Positions 39,370 through 53,659 of a stretch of 64,000 nucleotides of DNA are shown here, piece after piece. The translations under genes and the position numbers were made by a program. Source of the stretch: Camelus dromedarius (taxonomy: Eukaryota); NCBI RefSeq assembly GCF_036321535.1, contig NC_087437.1:84074001-84138000 (forward strand), written 5' to 3'. Below the pieces are notes generated by a model that saw only the letters and a program-made list of their open reading frames with translations, did no database searches and was not told where the DNA came from. Every line of letters starts with the position of its first letter. Position 1 is the first letter of the stretch.

Positions 39370-40750
39370 ATTCATTCATTAAATTGATAAACATTTTTTG
39401 AATGTTTACTTTGTGCCCAGTATTGTGCTTTTCAGAGGAAACACAGAAAGAAAAGATGCAATTTCTTTCCTCACTGAGGACAGGGTCAAGAAAGGGAAAA
39501 GTAAAGTGAACATAAAATTATCAGAGAAAGAGTAATAGACTGGGTGGGAGTTAATGTCAAAGACCATAAAGCCCACAAAGGTAGATACCCATGACTGCAA
39601 AATAATTGAATGTGTTCAAATACATATTGTTAACTTTATAAATATTATGCGCACTTCACTCTATTAGACAGAGGTGTAAAATATATCTACTCAGGCAGAA
39701 GAGGTAATATCTGAGGTAAGTTTTATAGAATGAGTTGAGTTTTGCCAGGGGAAGAGGTGGGCAAAAAGGGACTTAGGCAAAGGAACCAAAAGCTTTAGTG
39801 TGCAGGAGCCTGTGATGGCAGTATGCTTTAAAAATGCCTTCTGGATTTTTTTGAAATGAGGATGGGAAGTTAGGAGAGGATTATTTTCTCTATTGATTTA
39901 AGCAAAAGCATAACAAATGAGATTTGCATTTTTAAATATATTGACTTATTTTTATCAAAAGAACAACTTACATCACTTGAAGTATTTCTTTTTCTTATTT
40001 CCTTTTTAAACTTTGCATATTAGAAAGAACATTCTAGAAGCAGTGTGGAGAGTGAACTGGAGGGAGAAACAACTAGAAGCAGAAAATAATTAAGGAGAAA
40101 ACTGTTAGTATAATCAAGACAAACCATGAACTATGGTTATGAACTAGAAATGGAGAAGAGTTTTTAAAGAGAGGTAGAATCTTTAGGACATGAATATAAT
40201 TCAACACGGAAAAGAAAAGAATAAAAGGAGAGTATCACTTCTGAATTTCTACTTAGTTGATAAGGTACCTACTGATGTGAGTTGCCTACCACAGGTAATA
40301 TTAGAGACAAAAAGTGAGAGGGTAGGGAGATGTGAAAATATTTCAGTTTTGAACAGCCTGGATTTAAGATGCCTGAGTTTGAGGACATAATGTAGAGATG
40401 CCCAAAAGGCTAGCGATTATTGGAAATGAAGCTAAGGAGAGAGATGAGTTGGGAATACAGTTTGGGAGACATTACCATATAGATAGTATTGGAAATAATA
40501 AAACTACATGATATCTGCTAGCAGCATATAGAATGAGAAAGAAGGATGTTGTGGAACTCTCAGAAAACACCCACATTTAATGCATGGGTGGAGATAGACT
40601 AGCCAGCAATGGATACGAAGAAAGAATGGCAAGCAAGAGTAGAGTGAAACCAAGAAAATTTTATCACAGAAAGTAGGATGGAGGTTCAATATTCAAGGAC
40701 AGAGATTCATAAAGCAGAGAAAGGTCAACAGTACCAAAGCTACAGATAGG
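39370..40750 (-). mobile_element. L2 LINE fragments
   Basis: ttcattcatt L2 tail and purine-rich L2 body. Confidence 0.65.
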
Positions 40751-41029
40751 TCAATTAATATAGGTACATTATTTTAGAAAATAAAGGAGCAAACAATATA
40801 CAAAGCATTGTATTTTGAACTAAATGTTTCGGGAAAGATTTGCTAATACATGAAAATTAATCAATTTAAAAATATGAAGCATAAATTTGTGGGAAAAACT
40901 AATAATGGGTAATTTTTGAGATGTCACTATTTTAACACAATGTTCTATTATGTACTCCACAGCAATGCTTCAAATAACCAAAGCAAAAAAGTTCCCATTA
41001 AAGGTAGATCACAATGCATAAAAATTCAC

Positions 41030-41156
41030 CAAAGTGTACCAGAAATCTTTACACTTGGTAAAAGCAGACAACAAGAATTTTACAACCAACACATTCCTGG
41101 AATTGTTGGAAAGTGCTTGACTCATCTTATGATGTATTTTACTATTCTCTTTTAAA
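41030..41156 (-). pseudogene. Gene A fossil exon
   Basis: actgtag / TG|gtgaat. NSRNVLVVKFLLS and shifted LPSVKISGTL(W), ending like the 32127 exon. Confidence 0.4.
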
Positions 41157-43849
41157 CTACAGTTTGCACGTAAAACATTCCGTTGTAAAAATACAAAATC
41201 ACTTTGCAGGATTTATTTCAGCTGACAAAAAACCAATCTTCATGTTTAAAAAGTGAATCCTTCAATAAAGGTGGTTTGATACAAAATAAAACACCTATAT
41301 AGTAGACTTCCAAGACTGATTGGGAATTGCCAAATTCTTCTAATTACAAACGATTTTTGAAAAATGTCCCTTTATAAAAACAGCAAGTGGCAACATAACC
41401 ACAGAATAGGACATTAGTACAATGCATTGAAATGTTTTCTTTACTGTTGTCATTTCCTAAAGCTAAATAAACTATCTTAAAATTAGATTTAAGAAAATCA
41501 AGAGAAATAAAAACAGATAAGAAAAAGCCATATGCAAGGAAAACAGGCAACCCAACATTTTTGAATATTAAAAACACTCCCATTTAAAATGCCAAAAAAT
41601 AAAACCCATTTGGATCAAGTAGAAAATCAAATTGGTAGGCACAGAACATCTAGAAAGTACTAATCATAATTTTATCTGAGAGTTTCTGGACAACAGCCTT
41701 GTATAAAGATACTGTACAATCAGGGTTACATCTTGTATACTGACAAGGACCTCCAAGATATACTAGGTGGGGAAAACAGATGTAAAAGAATTAAAGTAAG
41801 TTTCCTTATGTATTAAAAATTTAAAGTAGGAAAGATGGTTATATTTCATTGTACATTTGTTTGTATTGTTTGATTTTATTTATAATGCATAATACATTTT
41901 CAAAGTAAAATAAATTTAAGGGAAAATAAGCTTAATATGAAGTTAAAATAACCTTTTATTCCCTAGTCAATTTTGAATTCTGTGTATACATAGACATTAT
42001 ATGCAAAGCCTATAAACACTTATGTTTTTTACCCTTTTTCTGAAGAGTTCAAGAAGCTTTGAGAAGACGTAGTACAGAAAAACAAAAGAGCATTAATATG
42101 GGAAAATTAGACATAAGGTCTAAAAACAGGAATTCAGCAGAGAAATAAGGCAAAGGAAGTCCAAGAATGAGCAAAAGGAAGTCTCAGGGCAATGGTGAAA
42201 CAGACAGAAGAAGAAAAGTGCACAGGGGAAAAGAGAGGAGATATAATATTTGAGCTACTTAACTGTATGAAAAATTTTATTAAACTATAGAGCATAGGAT
42301 ATATAGATCAACTTACTTTCATGTTTAAAGAAAATTATGCATATTAAGAAAGATATGAGGAGATTATTAATTCCAGGATAAAAACGTTACAGAAGAAAAG
42401 TTTATGTCCTTGTATATTATAGGGCCCAGTAGTGAACAACTATTTACAGAGTCATAATAACAAAATCTTGCATATGGATTTAGCAACATCTGAGAAGGGA
42501 AAATGAAGCTAGTTAAAAATGTTAATCTATCATACTAGACATTTTCTAAAATTGAGATTGTAGTATATGCTTTTTTATTTAGATACATACAGATTAAAAA
42601 ACTGAAAATAATAGCGAAAAACCAGAACACAGATTGCCCCTGGGTAATGGGATAAGAAAAAAGTGGGGGTGCATAGGAACTAGTTTTTAAATTATAAATC
42701 TTATATACCTATATGATTTTAAAGGTTTTGCATATTAATAATTTTACATGTATAAAGTATATTAATGGAAAATATAGAGAAAAACAATTTCAAAAAGGAG
42801 AAGATAACTTAAACTCATTGTTGATCAGAGAAATTTAAATTAAAACAAAAACGAGACCTTGCTGACAAAAGTGGGAAATTCTCTAACATTTACTGTTGGT
42901 GGGAAGACCAAAAAAGGATACTCAAGTATTACACAAAGTAAGGAAAATCATTGACTGAGCCATGGAAAATGACAATATTATGTTTATAATATTGTAATAC
43001 TTCTGGATCATACTATTTTTGGGTGAATTTATACTGTTCAAAGAATAACTTTGCTATCTAATATTTAGTAGGCTTTTGAGGTAGCTGCATGTGTAGTTGT
43101 TCTTACTATTTTCTCCAGAAAGTGTATTAGAATTGGACCAAAACACAATGAAAACCTCCACCCTCTGACATACCACCATAAGATAATATGGTTATGGTGC
43201 AATTTGTAACCTCTTTACTCAATATTTTAAAATTGATTTTGTAACTATTTCATGTTTTTAAGGAAATTATTTGATTATTAATAAACATTAAAACATAAGA
43301 TGCAGTTAGTGTTTAATTACTCATTAAGATGTAAATGAAGAAAGACAGTAAGTAAAACAAGTTTCTAGGCCTAGAATCATTGGAACTTGGCTAATGATTT
43401 AATTCCTTTTTAGCAGTAAGTCCCAATATAGCTTTATAAAGATTTTGCTAAATTAATTTCTAGCTATCAAAGACATCAAAACATTACATAATGACTTAAA
43501 GAAAACAATATTGAGCACTTGTCATTTTCCAGGCACTGTTCTGAGCATGTATTACCTCACTCAATTCTCAAAACAACTTCAATTTTGAGACTCAATTACT
43601 ACCTCCATTTTACAGATTTATAAACTGAAATAAAGGGAGAATAAGTTATCCAAGTACGAAGCTATCTAACCCTAGCCTATGTTTTTGGCAAGTAAAAGCC
43701 AACTCTACGGAATGTAGAATAAACAACGAGAGGGCAGAAAAACCATAATAAATGGCAGAATCTAAGGCCCAAAAGAGAACAAGGCTTTGCCTACATGAAG
43801 CAGCACTGGTATCAGCTTTGGCCTCAATACAGCACTATTTTATGCTTAC

Positions 43850-44006
43850 CATTCAGAGCTTCCTGCTATATTTTTAGTTTTCTAAGGTGTGTGTATGTTT
43901 CAAGGTTTCTTTTACTTTGTAGCAAACCCAGGAATGCAATAAAACTTATTTTCTGCATTTAATCCCAGATCTAGTTGAATTTTGTCCAGAAGTTCCCACA
44001 AAGAGT
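43850..44006 (-). pseudogene. Gene A fossil exon
   Basis: Strong donor tg|gtaagc, weak acceptor. SLWELLDKIQLDLGLNAENKFY. Confidence 0.4.
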
Positions 44007-44720
44007 CTACTTATCCATACAGCCAAAAGTGTGAGTTCTTTTATATCTCAATCCTCAAGATAAGATACAAGAATCAAGAACATCGGCATTAACTGGGGGC
44101 TTGCTAGCAATGTAGAATCTCATGTTGCAGGTGAGACATTCTTAATCAGAATCTGCACTTTTAACAAGATTCCTGAGTGACCTGAATGCACTTTAAAGTT
44201 TAAAAGACATGGTTCTAACAGACCCTTAAAATATTTATTAAAGATTTTAAGAATCAATGAATAAAAATTGAGGTTTGAGCGGGCTTCCTCAAAAATATTT
44301 TTAACAACCAGTGTCTACTTTCAGTACTCTATCTTATTTGTGTGTCAGCAAAAAATTTTGAAGTAGAAATGATTTTTCAAATTTTCAGATGTAGGTAGTT
44401 CAAAGAGAAATGATAAGGGTTGTGTGCTGGGATATAATCAATAAAGATTAGAAAGTTCAACTGAATGTAAAATTTACATGCTTGCATAAATTAAGTGATT
44501 TGTCTCAACTTCATGAAAAAGTGAAGTTTTGAATTCAGGTATTCTTTTAAAGTTGGCACCGTAACTCCCATGGGTGTTAGGCATGGGCCAAATAACTCAA
44601 ACTTGTATCTTTTCAAGTTTTTAAGTATCATCTAGGTATTACCTTTCTGCCTGCACTCTCTCCTGACTTTAAGGAAATAACAAAAGTATTTATTTTTCCT
44701 GTTTTTTGGTGTACTGTTTA

Positions 44721-46174
44721 AAGAGCCCAGAAATAAATCCACAGACCTATGGTCAATTAATCGTCGATAAAGGAGGCAAGAATATACAATGGAGAAAAAG
44801 AGAGTCTCTTCAGCAAGTGGTGTTGGGAAAACTGGACAGCAGCATGTAAATCAGTGAAGTTAGAATACTCCCTCACTCCATACACAAAAATAAACCCAAA
44901 ATGGCTTAAAGACTTAAATATAAAATAAGGCACAATAAATCTCCTAGAAGAAAATATAGGCAAAACATTCTCTGACATAAATCTTAGCCACACTCTCCTA
45001 GAGCAGTCTACCCAGGCAATGGAAATAAGAGCAAAGACAAACAAATGGGACCTAATTAAACTCATAAGCTTTTGCACAGCAAAGGAAACCATAAGCAAAA
45101 CAAAACAACAACCTACGGAATGGGAGAAAATATTTGCAAATGATGAGACTGACAAGGGCTTAATTTCCAGAATATATAAACAGCTCCTACAACTTAATAA
45201 CAAAGAAATAAACCACCCAATTCAAAAATGGGCAGAAGACCTAAACAAGCATTTCTCCAAAGAAGACATACAAATGGCCAATAGACATATGAAAAAATGC
45301 TCAGTATCACTAATTATCAGAGAAATGCAAATCGAAACTACAATGAGGTATCACCTCACATCAGTCAGAATGGCCACCATTAAAAAGTCCACAAAGGATA
45401 AATGCTGGAGAGGGTGTGGAGAAAAGGGAACCCTCCTACACTGCTGGTGAGAATATAGTTTGGTGCAGCCATTATGGAAAACAGTATGGAGATACTTCAA
45501 AAAACTAAAAAACAGACTTAACCATATGATCCCCAATCCCACTTCTGGGTATATATCTGGAGGGAACTCTAATGTGAAAAGATACATGCAACCTAATGTT
45601 CACAGCAGCACTATATACAACAGCCAAGACATGGAAACAACCTAAATGTCCATTAACAGATGACTAGATAAAGTAGCTGTGATATATTTACACAATGGAA
45701 TAGTACTCTGCCATAAAAAGGAATAAAATAATGCCATTTGGAGCAACATGGATGGACCTGGAGAATGTCATTCTAAGTAAAGTAAGCCAGAAAGAGAAAG
45801 AAAAATACCATATGATATCACTCATATGTGGAACCAAAAAAAAAAAAAAAAGGACACTATGAACTCATCTACAAAACAGAAACAAGACTCACAGACTTAG
45901 TAAACAATCTCTTAGTAAGCAATCTTACGGTTACTGGGGAAATGGTGTGGAAGGGGATAAATCTGGGAGTTTGAGATTTACAAAGATATATATAAAAATA
46001 GATTTTAAAAAGTTTCTTTTGTGTAGCACAGGGGACTACATTCAATATCTTATAATAACCTCTAATGGAAAAATATGATGATGAATATATGTATGAACAG
46101 GCATGATTGAGACATTGTGCTATACACCAGAGATTGACACATTGTAACTGGCTGTATTTCAATTTAAAAAAAAA
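44721..46174 (+). mobile_element. 5'-truncated L1 (ORF2 C-terminus plus 3' UTR), camelid type
   Basis: ORFs 45019-45450 and 45460-45645 give L1 ORF2p C-terminal motifs ([42 protein letters not shown]). Interrupted by a stop and frameshifts; poly(A) tail. Confidence 0.95.
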
Positions 46175-47364
46175 GGTAATTTTGAACAAACTAAACAACA
46201 CATATGAGACTAAAATGAATTAGTTATTCATATTTTGGTAACATACATTAAATGACTGACATATGTGTTTTTATCTGAAACACAATGCTATAATGCTAAG
46301 CTCTGTGAAAAGTCAATAATGTCACTCAAATTTTTTCTTAAATGTCTGGTTAAATATTTAAAATGGGTATTTTATAAAATAATAAATCCAAATATTTAAA
46401 ATTTTTATTCATATGCTCAGTTATGTTGAAAACTTTAAAATATCTATTTCTAAATTCAAATAAATGAGCCATAATTATTTACTGAATACTATTATTTGAA
46501 GTTTCTTTCCTCATTTATTCTGGTTATAGTCTACTTCTTGATTTTTTTAATTGAATATATGAAAAGTCAGTAAATATAAATTTTATTTTACTTTCTAAAA
46601 TTATATTAATACATTTTTATAATGCAGTGATTTTTTCCTAACTTGAGATATGTTTACTGACTATTCAGATTTTAATCATAAAACATATGCATAGAAGTAT
46701 TATTAAAAGGAAGCATTTTAATAATACATAATTTTATTGGTTAACTGTTTTGAAATCAAGTCCAGTACTAAGATCTTGGAAATATTTTCTCATATTTCAG
46801 AACAGATGAAAGTTGATTTCTCTCAATTGTTCAAAATGCTCTCAGCACTCACAAATCACTTGGGTAGATTTGCAAATATATCAGTGCCCAAAATACTGAC
46901 AAAATCAATTAAAATTACCTTAGAATCTCTTTGGTGTGGGACATAGATATCCGTATTTTTTAAAGGCTCACTGTATGACTATAACACTTATCTAGATTTA
47001 GGAACCACTGATCTATCTTATTCATTAAAGTTTCAAAGAACAATTGTGTCTGAAAAAATACCAAAGAAACAATCTAAATATATAGCTTTGGCAATAGTAT
47101 ACTGAAAAAGATGCTATTTGATAAATTGCTTTGTCCAGTAGGAAAACACTGGATAACTATAATGCATATGAAATATAAACCTTATATCAAATCACTCTTC
47201 ATTTGTTTTTAACTGATATCTGTCCATAGTCATTTTCTGCATTATGTTGTATTTTTTTTTAATTTCAGGAAAACAAAGGCAAAAGCAATTTTCTTCAGGC
47301 TAAATATAAGGCTACTTTTCTAAAGTCACCCTCTGAGCTGCTAATAAAATTTTACATAACATAC

Positions 47365-47542
47365 TCAGTATCATTAATCTACTCTACAATTAACAGCTTG
47401 AGTTATGTTGACAAGCTTAAAAGGATAAAATTTAGAATTCCCTCTTGGGAACAAATTAAACTCATTATTAGAGAAGACACTTTTGACCTTTTTGATTTCC
47501 TAGGTGGTACAGGCATTTATATGGCATCTCATCACTTTTGTT
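47365..47542 (-). pseudogene. Gene A candidate fossil exon
   Basis: tattttaacag / gtatgt. TKVMRCHINACTT*EIKKVKSVFSNNEFNLFP... Confidence 0.35.
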
Positions 47543-48494
47543 CTGTTAAAATAACAATTACTAATATTACAATTTTAATACAAGTTCTAAAAGAGAATGT
47601 CATTAAGCCATTATAAGAATAGAAAACATCAAGAAAATAATGTCTGATTTTTAATCCTATATTTTCAGACATATTTTACAAAACACATTATAATTATGTT
47701 TGCAAATCTGCATTAGACATGGGGATATTTCCTAACAATTTTAACTCTATCTCTTAACAGTTGAGTGTTAGCATTTATAGTCTTCAGAGTCATTCTGAAT
47801 GTTTCGTCAAATATATATTTTCTTAACAAATATTTAATAAGGGTTCTGATAAATTAATATTTTCTAGGAAAATAGAAGAGAAAGCAGATATGAAAAATAG
47901 TTGAAAAATCTAGTCAAAATTATCTTACACCAAATTACTCATTTCATTTGAAAATGCTTTAAATACCTGAAAGAAACTTGTCACTTCAGATCTGAGCAAC
48001 TTTGTCAAAAGTTGACTGCTACAAATATACATGGCTTAATCCAGTATTCTAGGCCCAACATAAATCACTTCCCTACTTTATCCACCCCTCTTTTCCTGTC
48101 ACAGCTGTGTCACAGTAAGCTGGCTGTTCACGCCCACTCGATGTGGTGCCTCTACAATTCAAGTCTACCATCTTTTAAGAGAAATCTCAACCTATACCAA
48201 TCACTGGAAGCCTTTAAGAACACCACTTAGCTTTTCTTCACCATTCCATTACTATCTATGGACTCATTACTTAATATTCTATTTTAAAACTGTATACACA
48301 TGTATGCCATTTTATAAAGCTACGCTGCTAAAATGAGAGGAAAAAAATTGTTGTCTTGAATGGCCAAAGAGTAATACTCTTTTCCTCAAGGGCAAAACAC
48401 ATTTTCTCTATTTTATTAGTTTATGTCTCTTGAATTTAGTAGCAAGCTAAGCCCGGGTAGAAAGCATATACTGATTGCTCTTCTGTAAATTTAC

Positions 48495-48830
48495 TTTCAG
48501 TACCCATTTACTTCTCTGCATGACTATGCTCTGCTCAGACCCACACTCTCTACATGTAATTGTCCCTTTGCTCAGCTGTGTATTCTCATCTGGTGAAGAT
48601 TAAAGTAATTTGATAAACCATCACCTTAGAGATGGTAGAATAAAACTTATAATAAATGAATGTGTTAAGTCCTGCAAGGTGTATGTGATTTTAGAGGATA
48701 TTTCTTCATTACGCCACTTCAGGCAGTGAAATAAGCAGGTGAAAAGAAACTTTGTGCAAGAAACTAGTATGTTTTCTTATTAGTAACTCCCTAACTATCA
48801 TCATAAAGGGAACCATCTACCTTGCCAAAC
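48495..48830 (-). pseudogene. Gene A: two candidate exons (~48830-48718 and 48624-48495) split by a ~93-nt intron
   Basis: KVSFHLLISLPE | VMVYQITLIF/PDENTQLSKGTITC, resembling the 'GE.VTF.L.I.LPEG' Ig-like/fimbrial-type repeat start. Confidence 0.45.
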
Positions 48831-49382
48831 ACAGGGCTTCTTCACACAGGGTTACAGTAAAATATTAGGAAAGACAATAGGTTGAGAGAATTATTTAACA
48901 ACTTTCCACCTCCTGTAATTTGGAATTTTCCCAAAATCAAATAATCAAAATATGAAAAAAACTTTAAAGACAGCATTTGATACACAGCACTTCAATAAAT
49001 CATGAGTTCCTCTCTTGGAAAATACTGTAGCTATATCTCAAGACCCTAAAATAGCCTCTGACTTGTGGCAAGTGCCCATCAATTATTTGTTTCATGAGTT
49101 AATAAATATCTGCACTGATTTCAAAATGGATAATGTGTGTTCTGTAAAACAAAGGCTCTGATTATAAAGTGAAATGTATACCTAATTAAAATTTGTTTAT
49201 ATATATAATTTGCTTTCAGTATCAAACTAATAATGTGAGGGCTAGTTTCTCTGAACAGTACAATAGCATTCACAGACTTTCCACATATGGTTTGAAATTT
49301 GTTTTAGTATCATTTATCTTAGGGGTTTTATGCACATTAATTTGCCTGATCTTTAAAAAAAAAATCTTTGGTGGAAGAATAC

Positions 49383-49617
49383 CAGTTTAGTTTTAACATG
49401 GCAGGTCAGTTAGATTATGACAGAAACCGTAATCTGTTGGCTTCTGGAGGCTGATTTGCGGACACACAGCCTGTATACTACTGTATAAACAGACAGCCAC
49501 ACACTTTGATCAAGATATCATCTTTCTTGTTTATTATTTTTAGCAATAACAGTACAATAGGAGGGGTAATATTCATTGCATGCTTTGACTGAAGTGAGAA
49601 CTTTTCTGATCCATTAC
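49383..49617 (-). pseudogene. Gene A fossil exon
   Basis: aaacag / gtattc. (G)NGSEKFSLQSKHAMNITPPIVLLLLKIINKKDDILIKV. The phase-1 start joins the 50972 exon. Confidence 0.5.
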
Positions 49618-50971
49618 CTGTTTGCTGCCAACATGCTAGCAAATTTCTTAAAGCACCAGGCATCTGGTTGGGTCATTGTTAGCTTTCCTTTTGCAAATAA
49701 GGTTATGTGTAAATAACTTGGAGAAAGGAAGGGACCACATTTATGTAATAAATATTGTGCAAAAATATATGTATAATGAAAATTCACAGATTTTTTCCAA
49801 TATTTCATCTTTATTCGATTGTCATTTTACTAAGGAAACTGACATAAAAAATTTAGTGTCACAATCATTATATATTTATATTTCTGTAGTTCAAATTAAT
49901 CATTATTATGACTAAGAAATATTCTAAGTAGGCTTGATCTATTTCTATTTTTTATATAGTTCTTTGGAGATACTGACAAGTGTGTATTATCTACCTTTCT
50001 TTTCTCATTCATCTATCCATCTGTTTCTGTATAAAACTATGTATGTATTACTACTTTTATTTATATTTTTTATATCTCCATACATACTACTACTACTGTC
50101 ATATAATAAGGACTTCTGTATATCCTACTTTACACATGAGTAAAAATTAAGCAAAATACACATTTGGGAATTAATTTACATAATACTACTTTTCTAAATA
50201 CTAGTTCTTTTTCTCTCCTTCAGTAACTTTAATCTGCCATTGCAGTAGTAGGCTTTTTAGAGGTGTAAATCAACTGCACTATTGATTTTTTCCCCATGGA
50301 ATGATGGAAGAATTAACTAATGAATGATTAAAGATCACTTTGTGTAAATTAAGTGGCATAAGAATGGCTACAATAAAATAATCATAGTAACAATAAACTG
50401 CTGCTGCAACACATCCTCTCAGAGAAAATGTTAGACCATCTCCCTAGGAAAAAAGATGGCTTAGTTAAAACCAGGGCAAATCACAGGGAGAATAAGTGAA
50501 ATACTTCACTTTTAACAGTTAGATCTAGGAATGTACACATTGCCTAGAACAGGCATAGTTTTATTAGAAGCTTTACACAGTCATAGCATTATTCATATCT
50601 ATAATTCTTAATATTCTCCTAATATCAGATGAATTTATGTGCCTATTGACATGAGAATAAAGAATTTGTCTTACTGAGATTATATATCAATACAAAAAGA
50701 AGCTGATAAATTAGGATATGTGTGAATGGGAACTCTGTAAATCATACTGTAAAATCTGCTTAAGGTAACAGAAATATTTTAACTGGTATGGAAAAATGAC
50801 AAAAATGGCATTCGAGGCAGAGTCAGGAAATGTGAGTAAATTAGAAATACCTGTATAATCAAAGAGGGCATAGACGTTAACAACACAAAAATGTTAATGG
50901 GGTTCTATAAAATTTATATTATATCTGAATTACGGTTAAACCAATTTACAATAAAAGCAAATTGGATATAC

Positions 50972-51153
50972 CTATCTGCATGTAGAAGAATAGTGAACCT
51001 GGTTTGACAGCTGGTAACTAGACAACAACTGAAGGAAAATAGAAAGAACTTGAGATGTTAAGAATATAGGAAGGGTACACAGAATATTGCAGTCATCTGC
51101 ATAACTCCAGAGTGAAAATAATAGAGGTTGGTTCAGGAAATGAGTGACAATTT
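50972..51153 (-). pseudogene. Gene A fossil exon with two in-frame stops
   Basis: tacatag / G|gtatat, 182 nt. NCHSFPEPTSIIFTLELCR*LQYSVYPSYILNISSSFYFPSVVV*LPAVKPGSLFFYMQI. Confidence 0.55.
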
Positions 51154-51966
51154 CTATGTACAACCACCACCACCATCACTCCCAACACCAAGAAAAAGAG
51201 AAATAATTTCACCAATAAATTCCGCTTTGACAGACACCAAGTAATATTTATTTTGATCAAACACAGACTCTGAAGTTCCATTATAGTTTTACTGCACACA
51301 ATAAACACATAATTGACCTTGGTACCCTTGTACACAATAGATACTCAAGAAGTGTTTTCTGAACGATTATGGCTAGGTGAGTCCAAAGAGGACATAAACA
51401 TTCTGGTAGGAGAAAAATTATAAAAATACTTAAATAAAAATATACATATTTTCAGTGTTTAGACTATATCTACGTCTAACAAGCTAATTATCAAATAGGT
51501 ATAACCCAACAGAGTGGCCTAGAGGCAGATTAACTTATAGAATGTAATATTCCTTTCATGAAGATCATTATAGAATGGTACTTTTCCGTGTTATTATTTT
51601 ATGCTTATCATTATTTTATTTGTTTTATTTGTTTTTCAATTAGATCTAAACTTCTGTTGCTTTTTACTGCATCTTCTCCCATTGGCCCTTCCTATTCTTT
51701 ATGCTCTTACTGAACTGATTTTCAATAAACTAATTTTGATCATTTAAACATCAGCAGAGTTGAATTTATAAACTTGTTTCAGTTCTGATGGATTTAATTT
51801 GGTTATCCTCCATCACTTCAAATAGTTTTTTGACACAAGTGAGGGCTTTGAATTTCCACTGTTTCTTAGTATAGCTTAAAAAGCAAAACATTTAAATGTG
51901 TAAGAACCTAGGAGCAATTAGTTGAGAGTAATGGGAAGTAATCTGCCATGTTTTGCTGCAGCACAT

Positions 51967-52464
51967 TGACAAAGACTCTCTACTTCACCAAACTCTGCTC
52001 AAGTTTACCCGAATTCTCTTCTCAACTAGGCTCTGACTTTTGGGCTTCCTTGATCATCTCTGCACTGTCCAATATTAGCAAGAATCCTGCAAAGTCAGCT
52101 TAGCCAGGGTCCCATACTTCAAAATAATCATCTTTGATGTCTGATTGTGTTCCTTATCCTCCACCATCCCAGGTGACATCTGTTCACCTTGGCCCGCCTT
52201 CACAAGAATTCTATTTGGTCAGTATCACCAGAAGCCTCCCTGATGTTTCCTCTTCATAATGACCATCCACTGAACTTCCCACCCTGCTCCTGGGCTATAA
52301 ATCGCCCCCCTTTCTTTGTTGTACTTGGAGTTGAGGGTGATTTATCTCTCCTACTATAAAACCCCATTGTGGTAACCCCTGGTATACCTATAATGATAGT
52401 CCTCCTTAAATAAAGTCTGACTTACCACCTTTAATAAGTGTCATGAATAATTTTTTCTTTAATA
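51967..52464 (+). mobile_element. ERV1-type solo LTR (MER34/MER39-like)
   Basis: tgacaaagactctct... start, TATA (ctataaa), aataaagtc, and end ...aataattttttctttaata. Confidence 0.7.
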
Positions 52465-53044
52465 GTATCTAAATTCCTAGGAGAAGGCTGTTTAGCAATG
52501 ATGCAGTAATAAATTATTTCTTACTATGTCTCTTTATGTAATTATTTGGGGGTAGCTTCCTGGAGCTGTACTGTCATTTGTGCTAAATGCCAAAAATAAA
52601 GCAATCTTGGATGAATTTTATATTTTTATTTTGCTTGTTTTCTGACTGAAACAGTTGTTCAGAAAAGTAAAAAAAAAAAAAAATTACTCTTTTCCTCTGC
52701 ACTCAAGGAATGCCAGCGAAAGCCTCACACCTGGAGTTAGCATTCCTGGGCTGTGCTCCAAGCTGCCAGTGCCGTATTGTAGACTCAGACAACAGAACTA
52801 CAATCCCCTGGCTATTTGAATCAGGTGGGGGTAATAACTTGTTAAAGTGTCTACCAGGTCTAAATCAATAAATCTCAAGCCTGCATCAAGGAAAGAAACC
52901 AGAGTGCCTTTTCAAAAGTTTAAGAGACCAGCAATGCTGTGAAGGCTAAAAAAAGTTGTCTTCTAAAGAAGTAGGAAACCCCATACCTACACCAAGATAG
53001 GCTTTTGTTATATAATCACAGCCTTAGGATGCAAGCTTGCTTGC

Positions 53045-53250
53045 CTTTTGATCTTGAATAAGTCTCATTTTGTAATCCATTCACTAAATCAAAGCACAGT
53101 AGGGTGTGTGACTCTGATTGAAGCCGTTTCTCAGTCCTCTACAGAGATGAACTACATCAATAGCCTTTACTTACATCCCTATTACAACTGAAATGAATAC
53201 TCTAAAACAATCTGAAAGCATTTATAACTGGGTTTGAAAGTCAGTGAAAG

Positions 53251-53295
<45 letters not shown>

Positions 53296-53381
53296 CACTT
53301 ACCTCCTAGGCTATTTGATCAGCATCCTGTGATTCCATTAATAATTAAAAGTTAACCACTTATGTATTTAAGTAATGCTGT
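53045..53381 (-). pseudogene. Gene A: two candidate exons (53381-53303 and 53211-53045) flanking a 91-nt intron
   Basis: tattttcag / gag|gtaagt (consensus donor). The next exon begins tgctttcag|IVLEYSFQL...ETASIRVTHPTVL. Confidence 0.4.
53255..53294. repeat. (TG)20 microsatellite
   Basis: Perfect dinucleotide run. Confidence 0.95.
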
Positions 53382-53659
53382 CTGAAAATATTTATTTCAC
53401 TTTAATCATTTATTTGGTTAGGCACATAATTACAATGGCTTTATAGTCATTTTTCTATTTGGAAAAGATTAATCTGGTACCTATTTTCAGTTTAGAATAA
53501 TCAAGATACCAAAAAGTGACTCCTTTAAATTCTTATTCACAAGTCTGAAGACAAATGAATACCTGCCCACATTCTTGCATTAATGGGAAAAGTAACTCAA
53601 AATATATACCATGACAACAGATGTGATCTTAAATTTTCTAGAAATATTTCTACTTATTT

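Noticed and set aside
44757..45203. Longest ORF in the track (148 aa, minus strand)
   Set aside because: Antisense reading of L1 ORF2, a common artefact.
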